Assembly (NCBI GenBank): GCA_963845755.1
Contig: CAWJTV010000042.1
Location: forward strand, 64,001 to 128,000
Direction of reading: 5' to 3'
Origin: an uncultured Planctomycetota bacterium
Lineage (GTDB): Bacteria; Planctomycetota; Planctomycetia; Isosphaerales; Isosphaeraceae
Length of the DNA stretch: 64,000 bases
Below, piece by piece: positions 10,062 to 20,700 of this stretch (within the stretch, counting starts at the first letter, position 1; each line of letters begins with the position of its first letter). Below the pieces are notes generated by a model, which was not told the DNA's origin, searched no databases, and saw only the letters and a program-made list of their open reading frames with translations. The position numbers and the translations under genes were made by a program.

Positions 10062-11684
10062 ATGAGCATGCAATCCCATGCCTGGGCGATCGGATGGTCG
10101 ATCTGGGCGAAGAATCGCGGGCTGTTCCTGGCGATGGCGGCCTACCTGCTCGTTTCATCGATCGCCGTCCGGATGCTGCCGGTGCGCGAGTACCCGGTCG
10201 TCGCCAGGCTGTGGGTCATGCCGGCCGTGGTCCTGCTCACGGCGCTCGTGGGGGCTTTCACGATGCCCGAGACCGGCCCGAAGTCGAAGCCTCGGCACGA
10301 GGGCTTTCCGACACGACTGTTCACGCTGCCGGTTCCGACGGCCGCCCTGGTTGGCTGGCCGATGCTCCTTGGCATTGCGACCGTCGTCCTGACGTGGTTC
10401 GCCCTGGTGCGGCTCGTACTGCGCCCGTGCGGGATCGACCTGCCGCTCCTCTTACCGGCCTTGGCCCTGGCCACGACGTTGGCGTTCTTTCAAGCGATCG
10501 CCTGGGCACCGTTCGGCCACATGCTGATCCGTGCGCCGGTGGTGATCGTGCTGGCGCCCGCCATGGTCGTGGCGCCGATCTGGGCGGTCGAGTCGCGTGG
10601 GTTCAGGCCGGTCCTGTACTGGATGGTCTTGCCCTGCTACCTCGCGGCGGCGTATGCCGTGGCGGTGGCCGGCGTGGCCCGCGACCGACGGGGCGACCTC
10701 AATGCGAAACTGACGAAGGTGATCGATTGGCTGGCGGACCGGGCTCGTGGGCGAGGCCGGCCGTTCGGTTCCGCCGACCGGGCGCAGCTCTGGTTTGAGT
10801 GGCGGGGTTCCGGATATGTCTACCCGTGCTTCGCCACCCTGTTGCTGCTGACCACCTTGATCGTCGCGACGTGCGTGGGAAACCCCGATGTGGCCGTGGC
10901 CGGCTTTATCCTGGCGGTGATCGTCTTCTTCATGGGCTTCCTGGCCGCGTTGATCGGGGGGGGCTTCGCCAAGACACACTTCCAGGCTCGCGAGGCCGGG
11001 CTCTCGCCGTTCACGCTGGTGCGGCCGATGAGTAGCGGCGGGCTGGTCGCCGCGAAGCTCAAGACGGCGGCACTCAGTGGGCTCGCGGGCTGGGTGGTGG
11101 TCGCCCTGGTCGTGCCCCCCTTTTTTGCCCTGATGGGCTATGCCGGTCCCCTGGCGACGCTCTGGGGCTGGCTCTTGCCGGATCGGTCGATGCTGAAGTT
11201 GCTGGTCATCGTCCCTCTTGGGGTCGCCGCGCTGCTGGTGTGGACCTGGAGAGGGCTGGTCGGCGGCCTGACGGTCGGCCTGACGGGCCGGACCTGGATC
11301 GGTGTCGTGAACTTCGTTGTCCTCTACGTCGCGATCTGGGGAGCGATGTTGCTGGGCCGTTGGCTCCAGATGCATCCCGAGGCGCATCGACCATTCTTGC
11401 GGGCCTTGCCCTGGTTGCTGGGACTGGCGGTGACGATCAAAGGCTGCGCGGCCTGTTGGACCTTGCGAGCGGCGAGCCGGCGCGGGCACATTTCGACCCG
11501 GACCCTGCGAGGCGGGCTGGTGTTCTGGCTCGCGACGGCCATCGGACTTTTCGTGCTGCTCTGGACCCTCTTGCCCGCGGCGATCCGGTCGGTCGCACTG
11601 GTCCTGCCAGGAGTGTTCCTGGCGCTCCCTCTGGTGAGACTGGCCGCCGCGCCGCTGGCGCTGGACCTGCAGCGGCATCGCTGA
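10062..11684 (+). CDS. Multi-pass membrane protein, probable ABC permease with two similar halves
   Basis: About 12 hydrophobic segments; LFTLPVPTAALV and FTLVRPMSSGGLVAAKL EAA-like motifs; third gene of the operon. Confidence 0.8.
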   Translation: MSMQSHAWAIGWSIWAKNRGLFLAMAAYLLVSSIAVRMLPVREYPVVARLWVMPAVVLLTALVGAFTMPETGPKSKPRHEGFPTRLFTLPVPTAALVGWPMLLGIATVVLTWFALVRLVLRPCGIDLPLLLPALALATTLAFFQAIAWAPFGHMLIRAPVVIVLAPAMVVAPIWAVESRGFRPVLYWMVLPCYLAAAYAVAVAGVARDRRGDLNAKLTKVIDWLADRARGRGRPFGSADRAQLWFEWRGSGYVYPCFATLLLLTTLIVATCVGNPDVAVAGFILAVIVFFMGFLAALIGGGFAKTHFQAREAGLSPFTLVRPMSSGGLVAAKLKTAALSGLAGWVVVALVVPPFFALMGYAGPLATLWGWLLPDRSMLKLLVIVPLGVAALLVWTWRGLVGGLTVGLTGRTWIGVVNFVVLYVAIWGAMLLGRWLQMHPEAHRPFLRALPWLLGLAVTIKGCAACWTLRAASRRGHISTRTLRGGLVFWLATAIGLFVLLWTLLPAAIRSVALVLPGVFLALPLVRLAAAPLALDLQRHR

Positions 11685-12213
11685 TTTCGCAGCCTGGATC
11701 ACGCTCCGAGGGTCCGCTCGAGGACGTTGAGGACGTCGGACACGGTCTCGAATACTCCTGTAGCTACGCCGTTTTCAGTTGCCGCTCAAACCGGTTCGGT
11801 GTGCCGCTCTTGCGCATCGGTCCGACGACACCGAACCAAGTTGGGATGAAGCCTCCGACGTGCCCGAACCTGGAGCGGCTGAGACGCGATTATGCGACAG
11901 CGCCACGCTCGCCGGCCCTGGGAACCCTGGGGCCTGCGAGGGCGGACTCCACATAATCGGGGACTGGGCATTAGAGGCCCATCATCTCATCAAGCTCGCC
12001 GGGGACGACGCCGACCCCCGCGACGACTTGAAAGCACCGGCACCCGTTTTGCCCTTTCTCCGGATTGGTGCACAATACGCTAGGAGACAGACACGTTTTC
12101 CGCTAACATCCTTATCCAGTAAAGTATTTGGGACACGCGACCGCCCGTTCACCGCAACAACCAAAGGCAGTCCGCCACTACCCGGCGGCGACGTTGAGGG
12201 GGCTCGTCCATCG

Positions 12214-13773
12214 ATGGCTGATATCGTTTTGATCAACCCTCGGTTCGAGATTTCGTACTGGGGGATGGAGCATGCCTTGCCGTTCCTGGGCAAGCGGGCC
12301 AACCTTCCCGTGGCGTGCCTGCCCTTGCTGGCGGCACTGACGCCTTCGGAACACACGGTCACGTTGTTGGACGAGAACGTCGAGCCGATCGACTGGGAGC
12401 GTTGCCAGCGGGCCGACATCGTGGGCCTCACGGGGATGAGCGTGCAGCGGTTCCGCATGAAGGAAATCCTCACCGAGCTGAAACGGCGCGGCTGCTTCTG
12501 CGTGGTGGGCGGCCCGTGGGTGACCGTGCAGGAGGATTATTTCGAGGACCTCGTCGACGCCATCTTCGTCGGCGAGGCCGAGGACACCTGGCCGCGGTTC
12601 CTCGACGAATGGCGGGCGGGCCGGCATGACTTCCGCTACGAGCAGGCCGAGAAGACGGACATGTCCAAGGTCCCCACGCCGCGTTTCGACCTGCTCAAGA
12701 TGAAGTATTACGGCTTCGGGAGCCTACAATTCTCCCGAGGTTGCCCGTTCCAGTGCGAGTTCTGCGACATCATCGTCACCTTTGGCCGGCGCCCGCGGAT
12801 CAAAACGGGAGCCCAGGTGATCGCCGAGCTCGAGGCCATCCACCGGACCAGGATCCCGCTCGTCTTCATCGTGGACGACAACCTGATCGGCAACAAGAAG
12901 GCGATCAAGGAAGTCCTCAAGGACGTCATCGCCTGGCAAGAGCGGCACAACTATCCGCTGACGCTGTTCACCGAGGCATCGATCGACCTGGCCGACGATC
13001 CCGAATTGATCGACCTGATGGTCCAGGCCAACTTCATCGCCACGTTCATCGGCATCGAGAGCCCCGACGAGGAATCGCTCCGCGAGGCCAAGAAGTTCCA
13101 GAACGTCCGCTCGGGGGGGACGTTGCTGGAAAAAGTCCGCCGCATCCAGGAGGCCGGCATGGAGGTCTGGTGCGGCATGATCATGGGGTTCGACCACGAC
13201 GACGAGGGGATCTTCGACCGCCAGATCCGGTTCATCCAGGACTCGCGGATCGCCTTCGCGATGAGCGGCATGCTCGCTGCGATCCCCAAGACGCCGTTGC
13301 ACGACCGGCTCGCCGCAGACGGGCGGCTCGACCGGGCCGACACCTGCGAATACGGCACCAACGTCATCCCACTTCTGATGAGCCGCGAAGAACTGCGCGA
13401 TGGCTACGTTCGCGTGATGAATGAGCTCTACGACCCCGAAACGTACTTCGAACGGACCGAGGCCCTGTTCCTCGAGCCGTCGTTCGACATCGGCATCAAC
13501 AAGAGGCGGTACTGGCTCACCAGGGCCCGCGGGCTGCCTCTCGAGTTCCTCATGACGTTCCAGGGAATCGCCCTGTTCGCCCGGCTGATGACCCGTGTCC
13601 GCGAGGCGCGGCTCCGCCGCGAGTACCGCAAGCGCCTCTGGCGATTCCTGAAGGTCCACCGCCGTCCCGGCCTGACGCTGCTCTACATCTTCCACATGGC
13701 CATGCATTATCATGCCTATCAGTTGGCCAAGCGGGTGGCTAATCCGGAATTGCAGCTCATCAACAGTTACTGA
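12214..13773 (+). CDS. B12-binding radical SAM protein (DUF4070 clade, related to but not identified as HpnP)
   Basis: N-terminal cobalamin-binding region (VVGGPW, IFVGEAE), SRGCPFQCEFC CxxxCxxC, VDDNLIGN, GIESPD. Confidence 0.92.
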   Translation: MADIVLINPRFEISYWGMEHALPFLGKRANLPVACLPLLAALTPSEHTVTLLDENVEPIDWERCQRADIVGLTGMSVQRFRMKEILTELKRRGCFCVVGGPWVTVQEDYFEDLVDAIFVGEAEDTWPRFLDEWRAGRHDFRYEQAEKTDMSKVPTPRFDLLKMKYYGFGSLQFSRGCPFQCEFCDIIVTFGRRPRIKTGAQVIAELEAIHRTRIPLVFIVDDNLIGNKKAIKEVLKDVIAWQERHNYPLTLFTEASIDLADDPELIDLMVQANFIATFIGIESPDEESLREAKKFQNVRSGGTLLEKVRRIQEAGMEVWCGMIMGFDHDDEGIFDRQIRFIQDSRIAFAMSGMLAAIPKTPLHDRLAADGRLDRADTCEYGTNVIPLLMSREELRDGYVRVMNELYDPETYFERTEALFLEPSFDIGINKRRYWLTRARGLPLEFLMTFQGIALFARLMTRVREARLRREYRKRLWRFLKVHRRPGLTLLYIFHMAMHYHAYQLAKRVANPELQLINSY

Positions 13774-13974
13774 CGCACTTCAGCGGTAAGGAAACCGGTC
13801 CCGAACCTTCGACGGCCTCACCGTTGGATCACCCTCGCCTCGGGGTAGACGGCGAGAAGCGGTGGTACGCGGAGTGAAGGGATACACCTCGGGATCATCC
13901 TGCGCCGAAATACGCGGGCCATCATTCGCCCGAAATGCGAGTTTCCTGTGGCCCATGCGGTCCGCATTGCATGA

Positions 13975-13993
13975 AATGAGAATCGTCCTCATA
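13975..13993 (+). promoter_or_regulatory. Putative Fur-type box
   Basis: AATGAGAATCGTCCTCATA matches the 9-1-9 form AATGAGAATCATTCTCATT at 16/19; 40 nt upstream of the G8 gene. Confidence 0.5.
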
Positions 13994-14033
13994 TGCCGAA
14001 TCAGCGGGCGGAAGAACGAGCCGAGGAGGGACC

Positions 14034-16037
14034 ATGATGAGACGGATGCCGGGCTTGTGGGTTGTTGGCATCGGCGCCTGGCTGGGCGCCCAGGCGGATG
14101 CGTCGGAGGTTGGAAAGCTCATCTGCTCCCGGCAGAACGGACCATGGTCGGTGTCGACAACCTGGGAAGGCGGCACGATCCCTGGGCCAAAAGCTCGGGT
14201 TCAAATCCGCTCGGGTCATACCGTCACGTATGATCTCTCATCTGACAAAGCCATTCGCTCTGTCCATGTCGCCGGAACGCTCACCTTCGCCACCGATCGG
14301 AAGACTCGGCTCGACGTGGGTTTGATCAAGATCCAGCCCGGCGATGACGCCTCGGAGGACGGGTTCAACTGCGACGCTCACGTCGGGGAAGCCGCCCCAG
14401 GCGTTACCGCACCGGCGCTGATTGTGGGCAGCGCGGACACCCCCATTGCTGCGGATGTGACAGCCCTGATCCGGCTCGTGGCCTTCGACGGCATGGATCG
14501 CGAGACCTGTCCGGCCCTGGTCTGCTGCGGGGGTCGGATGGAGTTCCATGGGGCGCCGATGAACAGGACCTGGGTGAAGCTCGGCGGCACGGTCCAGCCC
14601 GGCGAGACCACGGTGACCTTGGCCGAGCCTGTCGCCGGATGGCGATTGAACGATCAGGTCATCCTCACCGCGACGCAGAGAGAGGGCCTGAAGCAAGGTA
14701 GACTGGGTAGCGGCGCGGAAGGCCGCCGTTCGTTCACCGAAGAGCGCATCATCACAGCGATCGACGGCATGACGCTCGCGCTCGATCGGCCGGTCACGCA
14801 CGCCCACCTGGGCCAGGGGGATCATCGCGGCGAGATTGCCAACCTGAGCCGCAACGTGATCATCGAATCAGCCGATCCAGCCCGCGGCCGAGGTCACACG
14901 ATGTACCATCGCGGCTCCACGGGCTCGATCTCGTATGCGGAGTTCCGCCATCTCGGCAAGGAAGGAGTGCTGGGCAAGTATAGCCTACATTTCCACATGG
15001 TCGGCGACTCGATGCGGGGCAGTTCGGTCATCGGCGCCTCGATCTGGGACAGCGGCAATCGCTGGATCACGATTCACGGGACCAATTACTTGGTCGTTCG
15101 CGATTGCGTGGGCTATCGCTCGATCGGTCACGGGTTCTACCTTGAGGATGGCAGCGAGTCGTACAACGTCCTGGACCGGAACCTGGCGGTCCAGGCCACC
15201 GCGGGCAAGCCGCTACCGGCGCAGTTCCTGTCCTTCGACCAGAACGACGGGGCGGGGTTCTGGTGGGCAAATAGCCTGAACGCATTCACGCGGAACGTCG
15301 CCGTGGAGTGCGACCGCTACGGCTATCGCTTCGAAGCGTCACCGAGCGAGAATGGCCGGCTGCTCCGACCGGTGCTAGGCCCAGACGGGCGGCGCACCGA
15401 TATCGACATCCGGAAGCTGCCGTTCGTGCGATTCCAGGGCAATGAAGCCCACGCGCAGATCTACGGGATGAACCTGGGAGAAGGCGTCGAGGGGGTCGGC
15501 CCCGACGCTGCCCACCCGTTCTTGATCCGTGAGATGCGTATCTGGGACACATACTGGGCCTTTCGCCCTGGTGCCCCGTCGATCGTCCTGGACGGCATGG
15601 ACGTCTATAGTTCGCGGTATGGTATCTTCACGGCGGGCTACGACCCGCATGTGCGTCCTTTCGGGCGGGCGACATTCAAGGGTGTCCGCAACACCGGCGT
15701 CCTCCTGGCCAGCCCAACGGCCCTCCCCGGTGCAAAGGGTCCCCTGCCGACCGGCGTCGATGACCAGCCGCCTGCCACCGTGATTACCCACGTGATGACG
15801 ACAAGTGATGGCCGGAGGATCGTTCGTGGGACCAGCGTGGACGACGGTCAGGTCCGCCGTGTCGTGGTTAACGGCCGCCAGGCACGCAGCCTGGCAGCCG
15901 ATTTCCTCGAGTGGGAGGCGAGCCTCGATCCCCAGCCGGCAGCGTCCGCGGAAACCATCACGGCATTCGCCGCCGATGCTTCCGGCCACGTGGAGCCGCG
16001 ACCCCATGTCGTCAGCCACCGACAAAACGGCCGCTGA
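14034..16037 (+). CDS. Secreted G8-domain protein with parallel beta-helix
   Basis: Signal peptide; GPWS..TWEGG..P and GHTVTYD G8 start; EIANLSRNVII; GKYSLHFH; ITIHGT; GHGFYLEDG; GAGGAGGGG RBS. Confidence 0.88.
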   Translation: MMRRMPGLWVVGIGAWLGAQADASEVGKLICSRQNGPWSVSTTWEGGTIPGPKARVQIRSGHTVTYDLSSDKAIRSVHVAGTLTFATDRKTRLDVGLIKIQPGDDASEDGFNCDAHVGEAAPGVTAPALIVGSADTPIAADVTALIRLVAFDGMDRETCPALVCCGGRMEFHGAPMNRTWVKLGGTVQPGETTVTLAEPVAGWRLNDQVILTATQREGLKQGRLGSGAEGRRSFTEERIITAIDGMTLALDRPVTHAHLGQGDHRGEIANLSRNVIIESADPARGRGHTMYHRGSTGSISYAEFRHLGKEGVLGKYSLHFHMVGDSMRGSSVIGASIWDSGNRWITIHGTNYLVVRDCVGYRSIGHGFYLEDGSESYNVLDRNLAVQATAGKPLPAQFLSFDQNDGAGFWWANSLNAFTRNVAVECDRYGYRFEASPSENGRLLRPVLGPDGRRTDIDIRKLPFVRFQGNEAHAQIYGMNLGEGVEGVGPDAAHPFLIREMRIWDTYWAFRPGAPSIVLDGMDVYSSRYGIFTAGYDPHVRPFGRATFKGVRNTGVLLASPTALPGAKGPLPTGVDDQPPATVITHVMTTSDGRRIVRGTSVDDGQVRRVVVNGRQARSLAADFLEWEASLDPQPAASAETITAFAADASGHVEPRPHVVSHRQNGR

Positions 16038-16087
16038 TCCACTCCGCCGTAGCATCTCGAAGCGCGAAGGTACGAGTCAGACGCCCC

Positions 16088-17632
16088 TCAGTTTTGGCCG
16101 CAGGCGAAAAGCGTCGCATTATTGATCGCGTACACTTTCCCATCCGGACCGATGACCGTGGGAGTGTACGGCTCGCCAACGCCGTTGCTCAGCGTGATCC
16201 GCGCGGTCAAGCTGTTGCTCGGGAAGTCCCAGCGATAGACGTTCCCATCCTCGCTATTGACAATCGCGCACTTGTTATGCGTATCGATCACCGCCGTGTT
16301 GATGCACCACTCACGCACCGCATTGGGATTGGCCGGATTGCGGTTGTTTGGGTCGGGGGTCGGACCGACGATCGTGAGGATCGGCTTCATGACATTCGCT
16401 CCCGAGATTGGGTCGACCGCACTGCTGTTGGGGTCCTGGACGGCGAGCCGATTCACTCCACTTCCGCCCAACTCAGCGTAATCGTTGTACTTCGTCAGAA
16501 TCAGGTAAGAGGACTTACCTCGATACGAAGGGACCGCGCCGGCCGGGACCATCGAGGCCGTGATGTCCCAACCGAAGGCACCGGGAATTTTGGCGGTTGT
16601 CAGATTGCCGTCGTAATGCAGGAGCCAGCCGCGATCGTGAGTTGACGGGAAGGGATTCTCGAGGACGCCGTAGTAGACGTCGCCGTCAGTCCCAACGGTT
16701 GGCGATGAGGTGGCGTCATCGAAGAAGAGGGCGTCGTTCTGAGGATTGGCCACGTCCTTGAGACGGACTGCGGCCAGGGGGGCCAAGGTCCCGGTGGTGG
16801 CGGCGACCAGGTAACCAACGGCGCCGTTGGTGAAGCCATTGAAATTGTTGACCGCGACATACACCTTCGAGCCGTCCGGGCTGATCGCCGGGGAGCAGTT
16901 GTAGGCGACTTTCTGCATGGTCTGGTCGTTGGCAGCGTTGGCTGCGGAGATCCACGTTCCGTTGCCCTTGAGTGAGACGCATGCCAGCCCGCTCTGAAGG
17001 TTCCCCGGCGCGCCGTTGGCGAGGAAACCGAAGTACAGGTTATTCTTGGAATCGGCGGTGATCGGCGTACAGATCTGGACGGCGGCATTATAACCGGCGG
17101 GATTGCTGTTGTAGTTGTCGATGCCGTAGAAAGCCAACCGGCTCGTTGTTCCCGTGGCCTGGTCGGGTTGGCTGCGCACGATCACGGTCCCGCCGGCCCC
17201 GGGCATCACCACAACAGACCCCGCCAAGGTGACCGGGAACGGAAGGGTCCAATCGTGCGGTGGTTGGACGTAGTCGCTGGCGAGCTGCCAGATGAGTGCA
17301 CCGTTTGTCCCGCTGTGGCCTTCCATGCGGAACGTATCATCCGGTCCAACCTTGACCGGGACGATGATCGTATTGTGCTTGGTAATGATGGGGCTGCCGT
17401 AGTGGGCGTTGAGGTCCACTCCGAAAATCAACGGATTGAGGTCGACCGGAGTTGACCAGAGGATCGTCTGGAGGGCCTGGGATGCGACCGAGCTCGTGGC
17501 GCGGTGGAAAGGACCTCCCGCGTAGGAGGGCCAGTCCTGGGCCGAGGCCAAGTGGGGGCTGCCGATCGAACCGAGAATTCCCGCGGCCAGGAGCGCGGTT
17601 CGAAGTATCGAAGTACGTACTCGCATCGTCAT
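16088..17632 (-). CDS. Secreted hypothetical protein, probable beta-propeller (PQQ-like repeats)
   Basis: Signal peptide ASA-QDW; WSTPVDLNP, SSPTVGTDGDVY, YTPTVIGPDGKVYAIN repeats; AGGAG RBS. Confidence 0.75.
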   Translation of the reverse strand: MTMRVRTSILRTALLAAGILGSIGSPHLASAQDWPSYAGGPFHRATSSVASQALQTILWSTPVDLNPLIFGVDLNAHYGSPIITKHNTIIVPVKVGPDDTFRMEGHSGTNGALIWQLASDYVQPPHDWTLPFPVTLAGSVVVMPGAGGTVIVRSQPDQATGTTSRLAFYGIDNYNSNPAGYNAAVQICTPITADSKNNLYFGFLANGAPGNLQSGLACVSLKGNGTWISAANAANDQTMQKVAYNCSPAISPDGSKVYVAVNNFNGFTNGAVGYLVAATTGTLAPLAAVRLKDVANPQNDALFFDDATSSPTVGTDGDVYYGVLENPFPSTHDRGWLLHYDGNLTTAKIPGAFGWDITASMVPAGAVPSYRGKSSYLILTKYNDYAELGGSGVNRLAVQDPNSSAVDPISGANVMKPILTIVGPTPDPNNRNPANPNAVREWCINTAVIDTHNKCAIVNSEDGNVYRWDFPSNSLTARITLSNGVGEPYTPTVIGPDGKVYAINNATLFACGQN

Positions 17633-17744
17633 AAACTCCTTGGATCGACGTCGTGAGAGTGTACCGGGCCAGAGAATGGTGGCGCCGAGTGCCCGCGATT
17701 GGTTCGCTGACCGCTCGGCGCGAAGGATCAGATCGGGGAACAGG

Positions 17745-20700
17745 TCAGACCGAGGCCTGCGACGGCTTCGATCGCGTGTGAGCGACCTCGGCGGCCAGGA
17801 CTATGAGCGCGGTCTCGTCGACATTCGAAGTGAGCGGATCCGCAAGCGCACTGTCGACGCTCGAGATGGCTGTCGAATGGGTCGGCGGGCTCACGGCCGC
17901 TGGCGTGGACAGCGTGAGCGCGATATCCTGAGAGAATTCCGAAGTATTGCCGTTCGGATCGGTCGCCGTCGCGCTCACGAACAGACCGGGGGAGAATGCG
18001 ACCTTGAACGTGGCCTTGAAGGTCGTATTCCCACTGGAGTCGGTCTTTACACTGATCGAGCCGAGGAAGATCTGCCCCTGGCCGAATCCAGACGAATCGG
18101 CCGTCGGGTTGGCAAAGAATTGGATGGTGAAGGTCTCTGAGGCGGCAGCATTGAGCGAGCCGTTGATCACGGTGCTCGGCGACGAGCTCACGGCCGAGGT
18201 CAGGACGGGAAAGTTCTCGAAGCCGTTTGGCCCAGGGATCAATCCCCCTGTGTGGTTCGGCGTCACTCCATCGCCGCCCAGGTCGATCCCCAGCTTGGCG
18301 TTCGAGTAGATCAGGTTGGAAAGGATCGAGTTGCCGACATTGTTGGTCGAGAACGGATCCAGAACATCAACTCCCACGCCGCTATTGAACTCGATCACAT
18401 TGCCAGCGCCCTTTGCGGTCCCGCCGATCGTGTTGTCGGCAGACTGGAAGCCGTTGACGACCACTCCGTCCCCGGTGTTGCCCAAGGCATTGGCACCCGT
18501 TTGGTCGGTGCCGATGAAATTGCCCTGCACGAGGTTGCCGCTGGAGAGAAGCGCGATACCGCCCTGGGCGTTGCTCGAGATCATGTTCCGTGACCCAGCC
18601 GTCCGGCCACCGATCGTAATGCCGCTCGCGAAGACCTCGACGCCATCGATACTGTTCCCCAGAGCCGTCGTGCCCGTCGCGTCGGTGCCGATCAGGTTCC
18701 CCTGGACCAGGACGCCGCTTACGGGCGAGAAGAGCGCGATCCCGTACGACGAGTTGCCAGAAATGACGTTACCGGCGCCCGAATTGGCGCCACCAATCGT
18801 CGCGTTGGCGCCCCCCTCGAGATCGACGCCGTTGCCTCCGTTGGCCAGTGCAACCTCGCCGGTCTCGTCGGTACCGATCAGGTTCCCCTGGATGACCAGG
18901 TCATTCGGTCCTAGACCCGTACTGAAATCCTCGACGCTCAGGATGGCATCGATGGTATTGCCGGAGATAACGTTGCCGGCGCCGGCGGTCCGGCCTCCGA
19001 TCGAGGTCGAAGGAGCATTCTCCAGAACGATCCCATAGAAGTTGCCCAGAGCCTCGAGGCCAGTGGCATCGGTCCCGATGTAGTCGCCTTGCACTCGGTT
19101 GGCGGTCGAGCCGTTGCCGATCTCGATCCCCTCGCCGAAGTCGTTTCCCGAGATCACGTCTCGATCAGCCGGCTTCGTGCCGCCAATCACGTTGTTCCCG
19201 GCGTTCTGAACCATGACCCCGAGGTCATTTCCCTCGAAGGGCATGGTGCCCGTCGAGTCGGTTCCGATGAAGTCGCCGCTAATGACGTCGCCCCCTCCGC
19301 CGGTGAGGTTGACCGCCTCGTCGAAATCTGTGAATGAGAGCCCTTCCACCGTGCTGCCGCCGGCGTCGATCGTCAGCCCGTTGGAAAATCCGGATAGTGA
19401 ACCACTGAGCTGGATGAGGATCACGGCGTTGTCACCCTGGCTCAACGTGTTCGCGCTGGCGCCTGGCTGAGTGTAGCCGTTAATGACCGTCGGGTGGGTG
19501 ATCGTCGGCAGGACTGACAGGGGGGAGATGATAAACGGGCCTGTGCCCGGGATGTTGAACTTGATCGTATCTGGGGGGGTGCTGTTGGATTGGTTCGCAA
19601 AGAGAATTGCCTGCCTGAGCGATCCAGGCCCGCTATCGTTGGTGTTGGTTACGAAGAAGGTCTTGGGACGAACCTGGATCGTCACGGTGGCGATATTCGA
19701 CGTCTGCCCCGCGACAACGTCCTCGTACGTGAAAGAATCCGTGCCGGTAAATCCGGTCTTTGGCTGATAGGTGAACGAGCCATCGGCGTTTAATGTCACA
19801 CTGCCGTGCGTCGCATTCGTAACGAGGACCGAAGTCATCGAGGCACCGCCAAGGACAACGTCATTGATCTGAACGCCAGGGGCGGCGACGTTGAGCGTGG
19901 TATTGATGTCGGTGAGGTAGGTGTCGTTGAGTGCCGCAAGGGGGGGATTGGCCAGGAACTGCGGGACATCCTGGGCAAACTCGGACGTGTTGCCCGAGGG
20001 ATCGGTCGCGGTGGCGCTGGCGAACTGAACCCCAGCGGGCACGAACGGGAAGGTAAACTGGAAGGCCGCATTGCCGCTGGCGTCTGTCGTTATTGCGGTC
20101 GTGCCCAGCAGGAACTGTCCCTGGCCGAATCCGGAGGGATCGGCCGTGGTATTCCCGAAGAACTGGACCGTGTACGTCGTGCTGGGTGAGGCGGCGAGTG
20201 TACCCTTGATCGCCGCGGTTGTGCCGAAGTTCACGAAATCCAGCAACCCGGGGTAGGGTTGGTCGTTGTTCGGGGCGCCGATGACTCCACCGGGGGTATT
20301 CGGAGTCACCCCATCGGCGCCCAGGTCGATCCCGAGCTCGCCGTTGGCAAAGATCGAGTTCGACAGGATCGCGTTACCGGTTGATGAATCGAATGAGGAC
20401 TCTCCGATCTTGACTCCGATGTTGCTGTTGAAAGCGATGATGTTCCCCGCACCGGCGCCCGTGCCTCCGATGGTGTTGTTCGTCGCCGATAGGTCGCTGG
20501 CAAAACCAAAGGTTGCGCTGACGCCATTGATCCCATTACCCAGCGGTCGGATCCCCGAAGCGTCGGTGCCGACGAAATTGCCCTGGACGACATTGGAGCT
20601 CGCGCCATCCAGGAACACGCCGTCACCCAGATTGCCCGAGATGACATTGCCAGCCCCGGGGAGCGGACCACCCACTGTGACCCCGTTTCCCTGAATGTGG

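Noticed and set aside
12214..13773. Calling the radical SAM gene hpnP
   Set aside because: Motifs fit the wider DUF4070 sister group, and no hopanoid genes are adjacent; needs phylogeny
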